Virus record (IMG/VR): IMGVR_UViG_2791354873_000003
Location: 1-64,000 of that record
Reading direction: 5' to 3' (one strand)
Origin: a virus
Taxonomy: Duplodnaviria; Caudoviricetes
Length of the DNA: 64,000 bases
Shown: one piece after another, positions 62,825-64,000 of the stretch
How the letters are laid out: every line of letters starts with the position of its first letter
Numbering within the stretch: the stretch's first letter is position 1
Position numbers and translations under genes: made by a program
Notes under the pieces: model-generated
Told to the model about the DNA's origin: nothing
The model's input: the letters and a program-made list of their open reading frames with translations, nothing else
The model's database searches: none

Positions 62825-63181
62825 ATGCGAAACATCATAGTCGGGTCGGGCTTGGCATTGCTGGCGGGGTGTGCGAGCGTTGGCGACACCCGAAGCAATC
62901 CGCCACTGCTGGACTTGAAGTCGTCAAGGCCACCCCAGCAGGTTGCCGAGTGCATCCGAGATGCCTGGCAGAACACCACGGTGCTGGGGGTAAGTGTCGG
63001 CGGTATCTTGCAGACATCTGGCGACCGCTACGCTGTCTTGGCGCCTGACGCGCAGACGCCTATCCATTTGGTCGATGTGGCATCAGCACCAAGTGGTTCG
63101 ACTGTCCGTTATCACTTCTATCGCACCTGGCAGTCACCGCTGGAGCGCGTGACAGATGCGGTCAGGTCATGCGCCGGTTGA
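62825..63181 (+). CDS. Lipoprotein, related to the preceding one
   Basis: Lipobox LAGC; A.C....WQN motif shared with 62412-62762. Confidence 0.85.
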   Translation: MRNIIVGSGLALLAGCASVGDTRSNPPLLDLKSSRPPQQVAECIRDAWQNTTVLGVSVGGILQTSGDRYAVLAPDAQTPIHLVDVASAPSGSTVRYHFYRTWQSPLERVTDAVRSCAG

Positions 63182-63382
63182 CCTATCCGGGGTGGATAGC
63201 TTTTCAATGGTCGCTGACTGCTACCGAGCGCGTGGTGGCCACGCTCAAGGCCACGGTGCCCGCCACTGAGGAGTACAGCATCAATGAATGCTGTGGCGTG
63301 CTGCATTCCCTAACCTAAGAACACATAATGCAGCACAGAGGACGCACGACAGGGTGCGGCTCAAGGCACGAAAGGACGGCCA

Positions 63383-63571
63383 ATGACCGAGAAGGAGGAG
63401 CTGGAGCTTGAGAAGCTCCAAGCTGAAATTCACAAGCTCACCGCCGAGGCGCGAAAATTGATCGCCGAGGCCAACAAAATGAAGCGCGAGACGCTGTTTT
63501 ACCCCTTTGTCGCGGTGGGAGGGCTAGTCACCGTCATCGTTACCGCTGCGGCCTTCATTCAAAAGCTCTAG
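63383..63571 (+). CDS. Small coiled-coil protein with C-terminal TM
   Basis: AAGGA SD; ELEKLQAEIHKL heptads plus hydrophobic tail. Confidence 0.75.
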   Translation: MTEKEELELEKLQAEIHKLTAEARKLIAEANKMKRETLFYPFVAVGGLVTVIVTAAAFIQKL

Positions 63572-63691
63572 CCTGCCGTCCTGAGAAACAGGCTTGCGCC
63601 GAGTGGTCTTGAGCTTTACGCCAATTCGGCCGACACTATCGCCATAGGGTCTAGCAACAGGCGTGACCTGGCATCACAAGCGAGGGCGACC

Positions 63692-63859
63692 ATGAGCCAT
63701 GATCAAGTTATCAAGCAGATGAAAGAGAACCTGGCACAGCTGGGCAGTGAGGTCCGCGAGGGCACGCAGCACCAAGCGCGCAGCATCTTTCTGTCGGCTG
63801 CTGCGGGCGCAGTCTTCGCTTTGGCGACGAGCTGGGTAGCGTTCAAGCTCTTTTCCTGA
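63692..63859 (+). CDS. 55-aa protein with C-terminal TM (not in ORF track)
   Basis: GAGG SD; MSHDQVIKQMKENLAQLG...IFLSAAAGAVFALATSWVAFKLFS*. Confidence 0.65.
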   Translation: MSHDQVIKQMKENLAQLGSEVREGTQHQARSIFLSAAAGAVFALATSWVAFKLFS

Positions 63860-64000
63860 TCGGTCGGGGCCGTTACCGGCAAGCCCCAACCCCATAGCCT
63901 GCTTGGTTTTCTCGAGAGCACCCAGGCCTGTCTGGATCGCGCTTCATTCTGCTCCTGTAAACCCTGCTAGAGTCGCTCCGATATCTCTATCAAGTTGAGA

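Larger units (their letters stand above)
57163..64000. mobile_element. Decayed remnants of at least two older related prophages
   Basis: Two integrase fragments, a methyltransferase relic, paralogs of early genes and a tail-moron scaffold. Confidence 0.85.

Overview
The window holds an apparently complete lambdoid, siphovirus-type temperate prophage. The host is inferred to be a Pseudomonas (putida-like), from gene content and codon style. The prophage runs from its integrase (position 1) to a predicted right att core at 57135-57162. Gene order is int/xis, leftward early genes (ERF/YqaJ recombination, PAPS-reductase family), a ~1 kb structured PL leader, the cI/cro/cII switch with five ATAGG-N4-CCTAT-type operators, replication with six iterons, the nin region and Q. 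Then come holins, terminase, head, tail with a very large TipJ (four jelly-roll repeats), endolysin/spanins, and a right-end cargo block (two orphan receiver domains, a LexA-boxed UmuD'-like peptidase, a DUF4062 TIR-like gene). The att core reads as the first codons of an ABC-F (YbiT-type) ATPase gene. To its right (57163-64000) lie decayed relics of at least two earlier related prophages, with two more integrase fragments and retained morons (LprI-like, NIPSNAP, lipoproteins). Best leads: (i) a DUF4062 gene bracketed by inverted 24-bp mismatch-hairpin elements; (ii) a moron scaffold with a conserved structured GGA-loop leader present twice with different cargo; (iii) stacked 'spanin relic + orphan receiver' modules; (iv) a born-processed UmuD'-like protein; (v) a rex-position membrane protein co-transcribed with cI. 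All family assignments come from recognising motifs by eye; no database search was run.
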